Positions 10,282-21,605 of a stretch of 37,699 bases of DNA are shown piece by piece (positions within the stretch are counted from its first letter, which is position 1; each line of letters opens with the position of its first letter). The position numbers and the translations under genes are program-made. The stretch comes from Octopus bimaculoides. Lineage: Eukaryota. The notes beneath the pieces are model-generated. The model made no database searches. It saw only the letters and a program-made list of their open reading frames with translations, and was not told where the DNA came from. The stretch lies in the NCBI RefSeq assembly GCF_001194135.2, contig NC_068983.1, positions 103,539,808-103,577,506 on the forward strand. Direction: 5' to 3'.

Positions 10282-10968
10282 TCTATATATAAAGATGAGA
10301 AGGTGTGTCTGTCTGTCTGTGTGTCTGTGTGAATCCCTAAAACTCGAGAACTACACAACTCTCTTTTACAAACCCAGTGAAAATACATATATTTCATATG
10401 TCAAAGAAATTCAAGCAATACATATAACACCAAAGTTAAAAACATTCCCAACAATTCCACAATCCCCAACCTCCAGAGCTATTGAAGAAACTGTTATCAT
10501 CAACTGACCAAGATTTCTAACATTTGCAAAACAAAATTAGACAATACGACGCTGTACTACAGATGACATCATTTGGAACCACAAGAGATTTAACTGAGGC
10601 AGCATTCATCCAAACTTTCAAGATCCAACCTCAGATTTATCATCGCATTGTCTCTACTACCTCTGTCAAATGAATCACTAAAATTGGCCTTTCATTATTT
10701 ATAATATGTACCTGTTTGTTTGGTTACGAAATAAAATACACAAAACGTGTTTCTGAATTACGTGTATTTACTTTATATACATATGAGTTGAAAACTTTCT
10801 TCTAGCATTCCACTTAATGTCTACGTTCCATGCTGGCATGGATTGGAGAGTTATTAATGTAGAAATATGGTATCGTAGCTACTAACAGTTGAGGGTTGCG
10901 TAGTCTAGACGGCGTTTTTAGATTTCATTATTCTCTTTAACCCGGGCAACGCCGGGTATTTCTGCTAG
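10282..10968 (+). mobile_element. Helitron W, internally deleted, with Rep N-terminal remnant
   Basis: A|TC 5' end at 10282; 3' hairpin CCCGG-GCAACG-CCGGG (10941-10956), 8 nt, then CTAG|T at 10965-10968. ~10468-10690 translates PPELLKKLL...IRQYDAVLQMTSFG...TFKIQPQIYHRI/SLLP, the Helitron NIRxYN..MTSFG..FKIQGQxYHRIGSLLP motif. Confidence 0.92.
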
Positions 10969-10982
10969 TAAGATATATAATA

Positions 10983-11535
10983 AAGTCACACAAAGCAGTG
11001 TTGAATTAAATATGTTCATGTAAAGTCATATTTCGCATGTTTGAATTAATTCAGATGTGAAACGACCTTTCACTATCAAAATAATTTCAGGATATTGTGC
11101 ACTACTCATTGTGCTTTACCTCATATAATCTAGGAGAATTTTTTCCAGAGACTATTTTTGCAGCAAAATGTCTTCTTCTGAGTGTACTCAAACATGTTAA
11201 ACCTAACATTATACAAATATATTTCATTCAACACTGCTTTGTGTGACTTAATTTAATTCTAGCTTGGGCAAGCTTTATGCACATCAGTAAAAGTACCAGT
11301 TGTTGTTCTAATTAGAATGAATCATTCTTAACAAGCTGTGAAGAGCAGATTTGGTGTTCATAGCTGACGATGGAAAAGAACACAGAAAGTATGCTTTCTA
11401 CAATCCAATGGTGTCATTTGCAGCCCAATGTGCTTTCACACATCATCTAGGAGGACTTTTTCCCACATCTATTTCTGCAGTGAAAGGTCTTCTCACATCA
11501 GAATGCGCTCAGATATATTGAATATGACTTCACAC
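10983..11535. repeat. Three diverged copies of a ~100-150-bp module (one +, two -) forming a foldback
   Basis: aagtcacacaaagcagtgttgaat (~10983) is the reverse complement of ~11226-11250; cagatgtgaaacgacctttcact (~11052) is the reverse complement of ~11479-11501; ~11105-11200 and ~11425-11515 are direct copies. Confidence 0.65.
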
Positions 11536-11538
11536 AAA

Positions 11539-11840
11539 TCATCATCACATCATCGTCATTGTTTAACATCTGCTTTCCATGCTGGCATGGGTTGGACGGT
11601 TTGACATGGAGCTGGCCAGCTGGGAGCTGTCCAGACTTCAATTGTTTGTTGTGATGTGGTTTCCATGACTTGATGCCCTCCCTAATGCCAACCACTTAAC
11701 AGAGTGTGCTAGATGTTTTTTAAGTGCCATTGGCACGGGTGCATATAGACAGCACTGGCATGGGTGCATATAGACAGCACTGGCATGGGTGCTTTTTATG
11801 TGGCACCGGTACCTGAAAGGACAAGCCCGTATGTGTGGAA
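11539..11840 (-). mobile_element. RTE 3' UTR copy containing a 25-bp tandem repeat (2.4 units, 11732-11792)
   Basis: (CAT)n then gtttaacatctgctttccatgctggcatggg...gatgccctccctaatgccaaccact; unit ggcaYgggtgcatatagacagcact. Confidence 0.8.
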
Positions 11841-11962
11841 GACAGCAGTTTTAAATAGGAGGAATTTCAACCATGTTTCGTGGTCTGCTACCACAACAGC
11901 TCCTTTATAGGATCCAGTTAGCTCAAGACATCATCAGGAGGAACCACGTCCGGTTTCGGCCC

Positions 11963-12169
11963 CTACTCCTCTACCGTTTTGACGTGGCGGGGCCACCCCC
12001 TTTCGGAGGTGTCTTCAGCTCTGGTGTTGGGTGCATGTCTTCTTTCAGTTTGTGACTGTTCTAATTCAACTGTGGAATGTCCCTCGCTATGGTTATTTTC
12101 CAGGAGGTTCTGGCCACACGTCTTATGGTTCATCAACCCGTGTTGTTGAATTACTTTCTTCTGACATAC
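11963..12169 (-). CDS. Candidate exon VCQKKVIQQHGLMNHKTCGQ...RHVKTVEE* (68 aa); product unknown
   Basis: Acceptor (ttta)n-ttatag| at 12170; frame open for 68 codons; local GC ~50% with about ten CpGs in 300 bp. Plus-strand frames are also partly open, so strand is ambiguous. Confidence 0.25.
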   Translation of the reverse strand, partial: VCQKKVIQQHGLMNHKTCGQNLLENNHSEGHSTVELEQSQTERRHAPNTRAEDTSERGWPRHVKTVEE

Positions 12170-12439
12170 CTATAAATAAATAAATAAAATAAATGTATGT
12201 ATATACGTATGTATTGAATTGCATTGTATTGTATGTGTGTGTGTCTGTCATCTAGGATCTGGCAATTGTAAGTAAGATTGTTTTACTGAGAAGGACTAAT
12301 GAGACTAAAGTGTGTCCAGAGTTCTCACTATTATTAACCAAAGATCAGGTTAATTTCTCACTGCATTTCCCCATTGTGTATTTAATTATTTGGATTTGGG
12401 GATAGTCTCCTTTGACCAAAATTAATCATTAATCGTTAA

Positions 12440-12660
12440 TCATTGATGCCATCCTGCCCAAGACTACCTTTAGTTTTAGGATACAAACTTGCTGTTTTAA
12501 AGTTTTTTAAATTAAAATCTTTCATCGAAATTTCATGTTAATTTATGTTCCAAACACTAGCTTAATAATGAAAAAGTTATTTTTAGTAAATTCTCCATTA
12601 TTTTTCAAAATTGAATAAATCAAAGGTAGCGCATTTCAGTATAAATATGCTAATGACAGG
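12440..12660 (-). mobile_element. piggyBac-type MITE, family 2 (degenerate)
   Basis: Flanked by TTAA at 12436-39 and 12661-64; internal sequence is the reverse complement of 28935-29181 (cttagtaaaataac...ggaRcataaattaacat). Confidence 0.6.
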
Positions 12661-12964
12661 TTAATGATTTTTCTTTCTGTTTCCATTATTGTGTGACTAC
12701 GGGTAGATATATAAGCAGTTAATAAATATTTGATTACACAAACAGAAAAAGCTATCAGGCCATAAAAGTACATCATATGCCTGCTTTTCCATGCTGGCAT
12801 TTGTTAGATGGTTTATCTGTGTTTAACAACTAGATGCCCTTTCTGTGATCAATCCCTTTATTTACTTCTGAGTCATGCTGACATAGGATGTACCTATTCT
12901 AAAAGTAGGACACACTGTAAAATACTCCATAAGAATGCATACTTTCAAATTAAGTTACTTGATT

Positions 12965-13225
12965 GAAAAACCAAGAAGCTCATTGTGAACTTCAGACATT
13001 TGATGAAACCTGACTAAATGATGATAATATGGATGGTATTAAACTAGTCATGTTCCCTGGCCTCCACATCACTGATGACTTTGCATGGTCTTTGCAAGCC
13101 CATTCCCTGAAGAAAATTTTTTGCATATCATCTGTATTACCTCAATGTTCTCTTGAAGGTAAAACTTTCCTCTTTGGATATTCACCATCTTCTATCAGTA
13201 AATTATTGAGATCATCCTGACCAAT
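12965..13225 (+). mobile_element. Rex1/Babar-like LINE RT C-terminal fragment
   Basis: Translates KTKKLIVNFR...MDGIKLVMFPGLHITDDFAWSLQAHSLKK, resembling KTKELIVDFR...FKFLGVHITDDLSWS of Rex/Babar (CR1-group) RTs. Confidence 0.65.
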
Positions 13226-13305
13226 TATATTGCATGATCGAGTCAACATGAGTAGCCTCTGTGTAGTAGCTCAACTTGTTAGAAATAGTTGTCAGATCTC
13301 CCTCA

Positions 13306-13574
13306 ACTATCACCTCTGCGGACTGCTCAAATATCCTTTACACTATTGTCAATTTGTTATGGACAAAGAAATGCAGGAAGTGGTGCATAAATGGCTGCAT
13401 GACCAGCTGAAAGCCTCCTTCTCCAATGAAATAAACAAGCTTGTGAACTGCTAGGAGAAATACTTCCAAAAGCAAGGAGGCTACATTGAAAAATGATATA
13501 ATTGTTCAACTCCTGCTTTCATCTTAATAAATTACAGAAACAAGAATGCTTATAGTTTTTGACTTACCCTTGTA
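13306..13574 (+). mobile_element. Mariner transposase 3' end plus right TIR
   Basis: YHLCGLLK...DKEMQEVVHKWLHDQLKASFSNEINKLVNC*EKYFQKQGGYIEK* matches the mariner C-terminus (DYHLF..LK..F..GI.KLV.RW.K...G.Y.EK); ends tttttgacttacccttgTA. Confidence 0.85.
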
Positions 13575-14049
13575 AATAAGAACGGCATTGAATTGAATTA
13601 AACAGAAAAAAATATTTATACTGCTACTTAATTATTAACAATTGCATGGTTGAATAAATAATAGGAAGAACTGAATTAAAAATAAAAGTGAATGATGTAA
13701 AAAAAATCTCAAAAATCAATGAGTCAGAAAGTATGGGTTTTACCAAATCTGCTGAGATAACATACTGGCGACATTGATTCTAGTCTCAAATCCACTAACT
13801 CACTCATCTGACATGTCTTTTCATTAGAAAAGTAATTAAAACATATTAGAAAAAGCTTTTACAATAATTACAAGATGCCTGATTTATGATTTTGCTTTAT
13901 GAATATTTAATCCATCTCTTTATAGTTTTGTCTTTTTAATATATTTTTATTCACATATAAAACAAATTAAACAGGTGCCTCATATAAGACAGTTTCCACA
14001 TAAGCACACAACCTGATTGATTTTAAACCAAAGAAGTGAGCCTTTACAT

Positions 14050-14360
14050 TGTTACATGACCTGCTAGAAACAGCTGCCAAATTTCCATCAAATTACACCT
14101 TACTGTCTTTAAAAAGGAATTGCATATTGATTTTAGATGCATTCATTGGCTTGCACATAGAAGGGATGGTCATAGATGAAATTGCCTTTAATCATAGGTT
14201 TCCTCAATGTAGGCTGAGCTATGACTTAACATCATCTTCCTCATCAACAACAACACCAACAATGTGAACAATTTAGTTGCCAAATTTAGTTGTCATGTCA
14301 CCTTTAAAATCAAAATTAGGATAGCCATAGCCGGAATGTTTATCAAATATTGTGCTAAAT
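14050..14360. mobile_element. Two tandem copies of unclassified interspersed repeat family D
   Basis: ctgctagaaaYagctgccaaat...gatggtcatag...tRatcatagg motif recurs at ~13270 (fragment), ~14050, ~14275, ~20450 and ~20650. Confidence 0.55.
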
Positions 14361-15169
14361 TAAACAAATTGCTATGGCTTATTCATGTTGTATTATAGTA
14401 AGAGAGAGTTTTTATCAGGTTAACCAATAAATATTGTGTGAAGGGTCAACAGTTTCAAGTAGCTTACTACATGGGCCATGAATTCATTGTCTGTACAGTC
14501 AATTTACATAAGAACAACAGTCAGAATCTCATTTACTGGAAGCTGAATGCATTTTTCTCAACAAGAAAATATTTCAAAGACTGAATTAAAATGTTTTGCC
14601 ATAGAGAAGCATTTAGTTTCAGCAAAGAACAAGCAAGAAGAAATGAAGGATAAATAGTAAATTAATTACAAGATATGTTGAAATAGTGCAGTTTACTTGT
14701 ACACACACTCTTAATAAATTTACAAAAGTCTTGAGGAAAAACAAAACAAAAACAAAACAATAAGCAAGTGTACTAATATATTTACACTGAGGAAGAAACA
14801 GGGAATTTAAAGTTTTGGAAAGTGGTCCTTTATCAGGGAAATTAAAGGAGAAAATACAGAACAAAAGGAATGGATTGGAAAATAGAAATGGATACAAGAA
14901 AAGTGTGCCAAATGGTGTTTTACAACTAAAATGACAGTTGGGATGGAGATAGATAAGTAAGCTACATGTGCATGCATGGAAATCTGTGCATATGTTTGTG
15001 AGTGTGTATATGTATGTGTGCGTGTGTTCTGGAAAGTAGAGGAGGGTGATATAGCGTGCTGCTGTGCTGGCAGTGTGAACAAATAATAGCATGTATGTGT
15101 AATAGACGGATAATACCTACATAGGTATGTAAGTGTCGAGATGGGGGGAATATTCATATTAAGGATTTA

Positions 15170-16258
15170 TCAATGTATGATGTATGGGAGCAAAGCTGTG
15201 TTATTAGAGAAAGTCAATATCATTACTAACCCATACTGGACAGGCCATGTTTAACTGAAAAATCAATTGTTATCCATGAGAGTCAGGAGATCTATGATGT
15301 AAAACAACTCCACAGCCAGTGAGATGCAGGTAGGAGTGGCCAAAAGAATTTAAGTGATGAGCTACAGGTTGGAGTGATCTGGAATTATTACATCAGATGA
15401 CTAATAGCTGTTCCCCACCAAAAAAAATTTACTGAGTGTCAGCCAATTTCTACAGCAGTAAATAGTGTTTATTGGTGGTACAAGCAAATCAGTTGGTGAC
15501 ATGGAAGAATGAATTTGTCTGTTTAGATTGGTGACATCCTAGATGAAGTGACAGGTATGTAATGGTAGCTGAAGCAAGCAAGTGAGCCAGATTGGGCAGG
15601 TTATGAACTAATGAGCTATGGGTTAAAATGTAAAACAAATTGCAACTGTATCTAAAGAAACAGAGATGTTAAATAAGATGTTAAGAGGAAGTGCCAAGCT
15701 CACCGTGGAGAAGACAGAAGTTCTGTAGGATGGTGTATGGAAGAGTTAAGATGTTGGGGTGTTAAGTGAAAGGAAGATAAGGTGGTTGATGATGGGGCAG
15801 AAGGATAGAGGTGCAGTGAATAGCATTGGCTTGACAGTGGGCAGAGTCAATAGTTAATTAGAAGTATTCATGTTATATAAGGTAATAAATCATATGGTAC
15901 TACAGAACAATGAAGATGGAGATTTTGCTACAAAGCTGATGAAAGTGAAGGAGTTATTGTTGTGGTGAGAGTATGATACCCTCTGATGAGAATAGATGGG
16001 ACCACTACATATAAATAGTACTGGTCTGACATAGTTGGCAGTTCATAGTTTGGTTTTCGAAGTCTAGGTACAGTTTACAGTTTGAGTTAGTGTGTTGGAA
16101 ATATTGATTGTTGGTTTGTAAAAGATCGTTGGTTCGTTGCATGTTTGTTACTGCTGCTGTTTCTATTTTGTATTGTTATAATGCTGTTACAGTGTATTCT
16201 TTACTTATCATCAACAATATCAACCATACTACAATATCGGAGGTGTAAGGATATAACA
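15170..16258 (+). mobile_element. Putative 5' LTR of the Gypsy element (left boundary uncertain)
   Basis: Ends ...ggatataaCA at 16258, followed by PBS-like TGGCAATAAGGAT (16261-16273, readable as CpG-decayed TGGCGACGAGGAT); TATA-like catataaatag ~16008-16018. No matching 3' LTR to fix the left end. Confidence 0.45.
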
Positions 16259-19200
16259 TCTGGCAATAAGGATTTTTCGAAGCTCACATAGGTTATTTGA
16301 CAATTTGTGCCTCATACGAATTGTTAAATTATAGAGAACCAATTAGCAACAGTAATACAGCTTCAAGAGAAGCAACAGAAACAACTACAGGAATTGCAGA
16401 AGCAAATATTACAACAACAACAGTTAATTGAGTTACAGTCAAGGAAGTCTTAAAATTTGGTAAGTTCATTTATGCCAGACTGCATGGCAAACTCGATTTC
16501 TGAATTTACTTATAATCCGGAGGAGGATATTACATTTCCTGTGCCCTATACAATGTACGAGGAAATTTTTAACAAAGAATGCAAACCATGGTCAGATGAG
16601 GAGAAAGTGAGGCTATTACTACTATGCAAGGTAATTCCAGTCAAACATGAATGCTACCATAACTTTATATTGCCCAAAATGTTGAGTGAGATTTGTTTCC
16701 AAGAAACTATTCTCTCAAAAATGGAGCAATTGAACCAAGACTTAACCCTACAGACCATTGCAGAAGAATGTCAAACAATGGTAAACCTGAAGCATGATGT
16801 GAAAAAAATTCAAGAGAAAGATTCCGCAAAAATACAGATCCGGAAAATACAACCAAAAAAAGAGTGCTAGACCCCAATCCATGTTATGAATGTGGAGGCC
16901 TATACTTCAGAAAAGAGTGTCCATTTAAAAACCGAAAATGCTATAGTTGTCAGAAACTTGGTCACAAGAGCCAACACTGCAGGACAAGATTATGAGGGTT
17001 GAAGGCAAAATGTTTTAATGTGTTTTCAGCAGAAAGTGAATGTGACACAAAAACATGAAAATTCGTACATGTAAAAATAAATGGTATAAATATTAAACTA
17101 CAGTGGGTAGTGATATTTCAATCATAAATGTAGGTACATGGGGAAAAATCGGGAAACCAAGGTTACTTAAAACAGCAAAAACAGGCAATAAATTACATTT
17201 TGTGGGTAAAATGTGTACAGGCGTCACATTTTGAGGAGAAACAGGCAAAGCAAAAATATTCATTGTGGAGAATACAATCAATCTGTCTGGTACAGATTGG
17301 TTGGAGTTATTCGACATATGGCACCTCCCCATAAGCCTCTACTGCAAAAACATAAATGGTTGTCCCATTAAAAATAAAATGTCTGAGGAATTGAAGAGAA
17401 AATTGATAAAGATGTTTCTTCAAGTACTATTAGGGGACGTAGGTCTATGTAAAAAGAGTGAAGCCTGTTTTCAAGTAAGTGAAAATGCTGTGCCTGTATT
17501 TAAATCTAACAGAAAAGTACCATTTGCAGCAATTGAAATCATTAATGAAGAGTTGGACAGACCAGAAAAGAGTGGATTACTCTAATTGGGCAGTGCCCAC
17601 GGTGTGCATTAAAAAGAAAAATAAGAAGATTAGGCTGTGTGCCAATTTCTCTACAGGATTGAACAACTGCTTAAAGACATGCCACCATCCCTCCCAACTC
17701 CAGAGGACATTTTCACAAAAATTAAATAGTGGAAAAAATTTTCTCCAAATTGGATTTGTCTGATATTCATATACAGATTAAAGTAAATGACAAATGCTCA
17801 AAGTATCTGACAGTAAATACACATAGAGGACATACCCAGTTACCTTTTGGATTAAAGGTTGCACCAGCAATATTTCAGAAAATCATGGATGCTATGTTAT
17901 TTGATTGTGAATTTGCAATCCCTTATTTGGACAATATACTGATTATGAGTAATTCATGCGAAGAGCATGTGGAGCATATAAGAGCTGTGCTCAAGAAAAT
18001 TAAAGAGTACGGGTTCACTTTGAGTGAAGAAAAATGCAAATTCTTTTTGCCTTAAATTAGGCACTTAGGGTAAATAATTGATAAAAATGTTAGATGGCCT
18101 GACTCATCGAGGGCAGATGCAATAAAGAATATGCCTACTCTGACAAATATACCAACATTACAAACGTTTCTTGGGCTGGCAAACTACTACCAAAACTGCA
18201 TTCCTAACAAGCACAAATTAAGAGTTCCATTGAACGACTTATTAAAAAAGGAAGTAAAGTGGAATTGGTCGGTTAAATGTCAAAACACATTTGAAGAAAT
18301 TAAAAAAATTCTAATCGCAGATTTGCCCCTAGCACATTTTGATCCTGAAATGGACATTGTAGTAGCATCTAATGCTTCAGAGTACAGAATAGGAGCAGTT
18401 TTGCTATACAAGTATAAAGATTGAAGTACGAAACCAGTGATTCATGTTTTGCACTCACTGAGAAAAAATACAGTCAGATAGAAAAAGAAGCCCTATTGAT
18501 TACATGGCTGTAAAAAAATTTCACAGGTTTCTACATGGTAGAAGTTTTCCATTACAAACAGTTCATTAACCATTGTTATCAATTTATGGGTCAAAGAAAG
18601 GGATACCTACCCATACAGTGAACCAGCTACAATATTGGGGTATAATATTATTAAATTACAATTTCAAAATGCAGTATATTCCATCAAAAAAAAAAATTGA
18701 CCATGCGGACTAATTCCCCAAAATACGGAACCACTAGAAGATACTGTGATAGCTGCACTGCAGGCAGAAAATGAAATAAAGAGTATTATGACTAATGTTA
18801 TCCAAGAACTGCCAGTGACTGCACAGGATATAAGAATGAAATCTGTAGGTGATGAGTATATTACAAAAATGAAAGAAGCTTTAAAAAGTAAGCAGAATTA
18901 AAATACAAATTTGAGTAGTTTCTCAATATGCAATGATATTCTGATGTATGCGCAAAGAGTTGTAGTACCAACTACATTACACAAACGTGCATTGTAGCAA
19001 TTCCACAGCAGACACTCCAGGAATGTCAAGGATGAAAACTCTGATGAGAAGCTACATCTATTGGCTAACTATGGACTAGGATATCAAAAATTTGGTGAGA
19101 ACTTGTTGAGGTTGTGCACTTGTGGTCAAAGCCCTGCTGGTAAAATATCAATCATGGCCAGAGACTGAGAATCCATGGTCTAGGTTACATATCGACTATG

Positions 19201-19900
19201 CCGGACCAGTGAATAGCGCTTACTATCCGATCATGGTAGACAGCTATACAAAGTGGCCAGAAGTATGCAAGTGCAAGAAACCAACTGCTAAGACAACTAT
19301 AAAGTTCCTATATGAATTGTTTGTGTGATATGGTGTTCCAGACATGTTAGTTTCTGATAATGGAATGCAATTTTTTGAGTATGAATTCAAGAACTTCTGT
19401 AAAATGCATGTATTAAAGCATATTTTCACTCCACCATATCACCTGAGGACACATTCGAAAGAGTGTTAAGAAAAGCTAGGGACAAATTAAGTAACAACGA
19501 AGCACTAACAAAATTCTTAAGAGTATATAAAGTAACCTCCAATCTAAGTATGAATTCAGGAAAATCACCCACAGAGTTGATGTTTGTAAGAAGAAGAAAA
19601 TCGATTTTTGATAGGTTATGGCCAGAGTAAAAAAAGATGTAAAGGAAATATAAAAGATGCAACAAAATATTTTGAAGTTGGAGATAAAGGGAATTTTGAA
19701 ACCTACAGAAATGGTAAAGAAGGTTGGGAGGATGTCCTTGTAACTGAAAAAATAGGAAGTATGATGTGTCTAATAAAAGGACCATGCTGGGAACATAAGA
19801 GGCACATAAATCAGCTAAAGAAGAGTCATACTGAAGAGCGGAGAGAAATTCCTATGGAAGTATTTTTTCATGTATTCGATGTTCCAGCACCGAAAATAAT
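16259..19900 (+). mobile_element. Decayed Ty3/Gypsy LTR retrotransposon internal region (gag-PR-RT-RH-IN)
   Basis: Gag SISEFTYNPEEDITF plus two knuckles (CYECGGLYFRKEC, CYSCQKLGHKSQHC, ~16882-16980); PR KFVHVKINGINIKLQ/GSDISII; RT WAVPTV...FSKLDLS...LPFGLKVAPAIFQ...YLDN; RH ASNASEYRIGAVL, EKEAL; IN HSRxGMSRMK-like, PWSRLHIDYAGP, VSDNG. Many stops and frameshifts. Confidence 0.97.
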
Positions 19901-20449
19901 GTCAGCTGACATCCATCCCACTGGACATTTAACTCAGGACACTTCAAGATCTTGGGTCTGTTCACCAGTTTGCATCACACTCTGAACTGTTTTGATTTTT
20001 CAGAAGTGTTTAAGATAATTTGCTTACTGTATTCCACCTCCATAAGTACCAATAAGACAGAATTATCAAACTAGCCAATTGTGGGGAAGGAGCTGTAATG
20101 GTATGGCAATCCCACTTTTACAAGGCCAAAGTGTTTCAGGAAAACTTGCAACAAAAATCTGTTACCCTTCTAGTGAGGTTCATCAAATTAGACATTCCCT
20201 TGTTACTCTCATCATCAGAAATGAAATGGAATTAGTAATTAGCCTGTTCAAAATCTGTAACCAATGATGTAATTTTTCACAAATTGCTATAATAAATAAA
20301 ATCTGTTGTACATATGTCTATCAAGGCAGAGTTGGCTGGAGAACGACCCTTAACACTAATCAATTTAATGTATCTCTCAAACCATTAAATAATTTCAAAT
20401 ACCCTCTAACTTCCATGACACAGAAGGAGCAAATGAAGAGTCTGTACAT

Positions 20450-20810
20450 AGTTATGTAATCTGCAAGTAATAGCAGTCAAATCTCTCTTAAATCGCATCC
20501 TGCTATTCTAAATAAAGTAAAAGTGTGTGATAATGGAGTCTCTAATATAGAAAATGACAAGATAATCATAGCTGCAAAAGTTTTGACCATGTCAAGTCAG
20601 AGTCTAAACAGCAACATCAAGAACAACTTCAATGAACGTCTGAGAGAACCTCTACATGATTTTTCAATCTGCTGGAAATAGCAACTAAATCTCTCTCACT
20701 TCATATCCTACCACCTTGCAAAAAGAAAGATGCATTACACAATATAGTCTCTGACATACAAAGATCACGATATGGAATGCTTTTGATCATAGGTCATCTG
20801 CTGGATCAGA
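20450..20810. mobile_element. Two tandem copies of repeat family D
   Basis: Same motifs as 14050-14360 with ~200-bp spacing. Confidence 0.5.
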
Positions 20811-21282
20811 TCTATTGTAAACATGCTACCAAAATAAGCTACTCCTATGGCTGCCTTTGCAAGCTGGCAACGAGTCTTACTTTACAGTAAATAGAATTAT
20901 TCCCATAGAATTACTTATAAAATACATAGACTGGAAATCATTTGAAAAGCATTCAGTGTATGATAATGAATACATGGTATGGAGTTCAATGTTACTATAA
21001 TAAATAAGTCTTCTAGCAAAGCCAACAGCCATAAAACACATTCCTGAATTCTTTATGTGTCTGATTTGACAATACTTCACCACTGCTTTTTCCTCTTGAT
21101 CTTATTGAACTTTGTCATTGTAATCATATTGAATGAAAAGATAACCTAGAAAATATTTGTGTAAGAGTTTCATTGTCTGGGAAGTAATGTTCAATACCTT
21201 TACTATCAGAGCACCGGAGATTGTATAAACCAAAAATAAGTTATCAACTCACAATCCACAGAACAAGAATTCATATAATCTG

Positions 21283-21490
21283 TACTCTCTACTCTTTTAC
21301 TCTTTTACTTGTTTCAGTCACTTGACTGCGGCCATGCTGGAGCACCACCTTTAGTCGAACAAATCGACCCCAGGACTTATTCTTTGGAAGCCTAGTACTT
21401 ATTCTATCGGTCTCTTTTGCCGAACCGCTAAGTTACGGGGACGTAAACACACCAGCATCAGTTGTCAAGCGATGTTGGAGGGACAAACAC
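21283..21490 (-). mobile_element. 3' half of tRNA-derived SINE family A (OK-like, tentative), young
   Basis: (ACTCTTTT)n tail then ttgtttcagtcacttgactgcggccatgctggagcacc...gtaaacacaccagcatc; reverse complement of ~36740-36935; CpGs retained. Confidence 0.9.
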
Positions 21491-21605
21491 AAGCTCGCAA
21501 GGAATGAAGCCAGTATGCTCTGTTGGATGTGTAATGTCAATGTGAATACCCGTCAGAGTGTAAGTATCTTGAGAGAAAAGCTGAACATTAGAAGCATCAG
21601 TTGTG
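21491..21605 (+). mobile_element. RTE LINE ORF2 fragment running into gap
   Basis: Translates RNEASMLCWMCNVNVNTRQSVSILREKLNIRSISC; homologous to ~37160-37265. Confidence 0.8.

Noticed and set aside
7536-10968. Single 3.4-kb TIR transposon bounded by inverted TACTAG...ACCCGG ends
   Set aside because: Better explained as the 3' ends of two oppositely oriented Helitrons, each with its own 5' end and hairpin; no TSD.
11120-11202. Apparent minus-strand exon GLTCLSTLRRRHFAAKIVSGKNSPRLYE with AG/GT ends
   Set aside because: Lies within one arm of the three-copy foldback, and the sister arm has a stop in the equivalent frame.
16457-19985. Gypsy-derived ORFs as functional or domesticated genes
   Set aside because: Fragmented by many stops and frameshifts, with catalytic residues lost.
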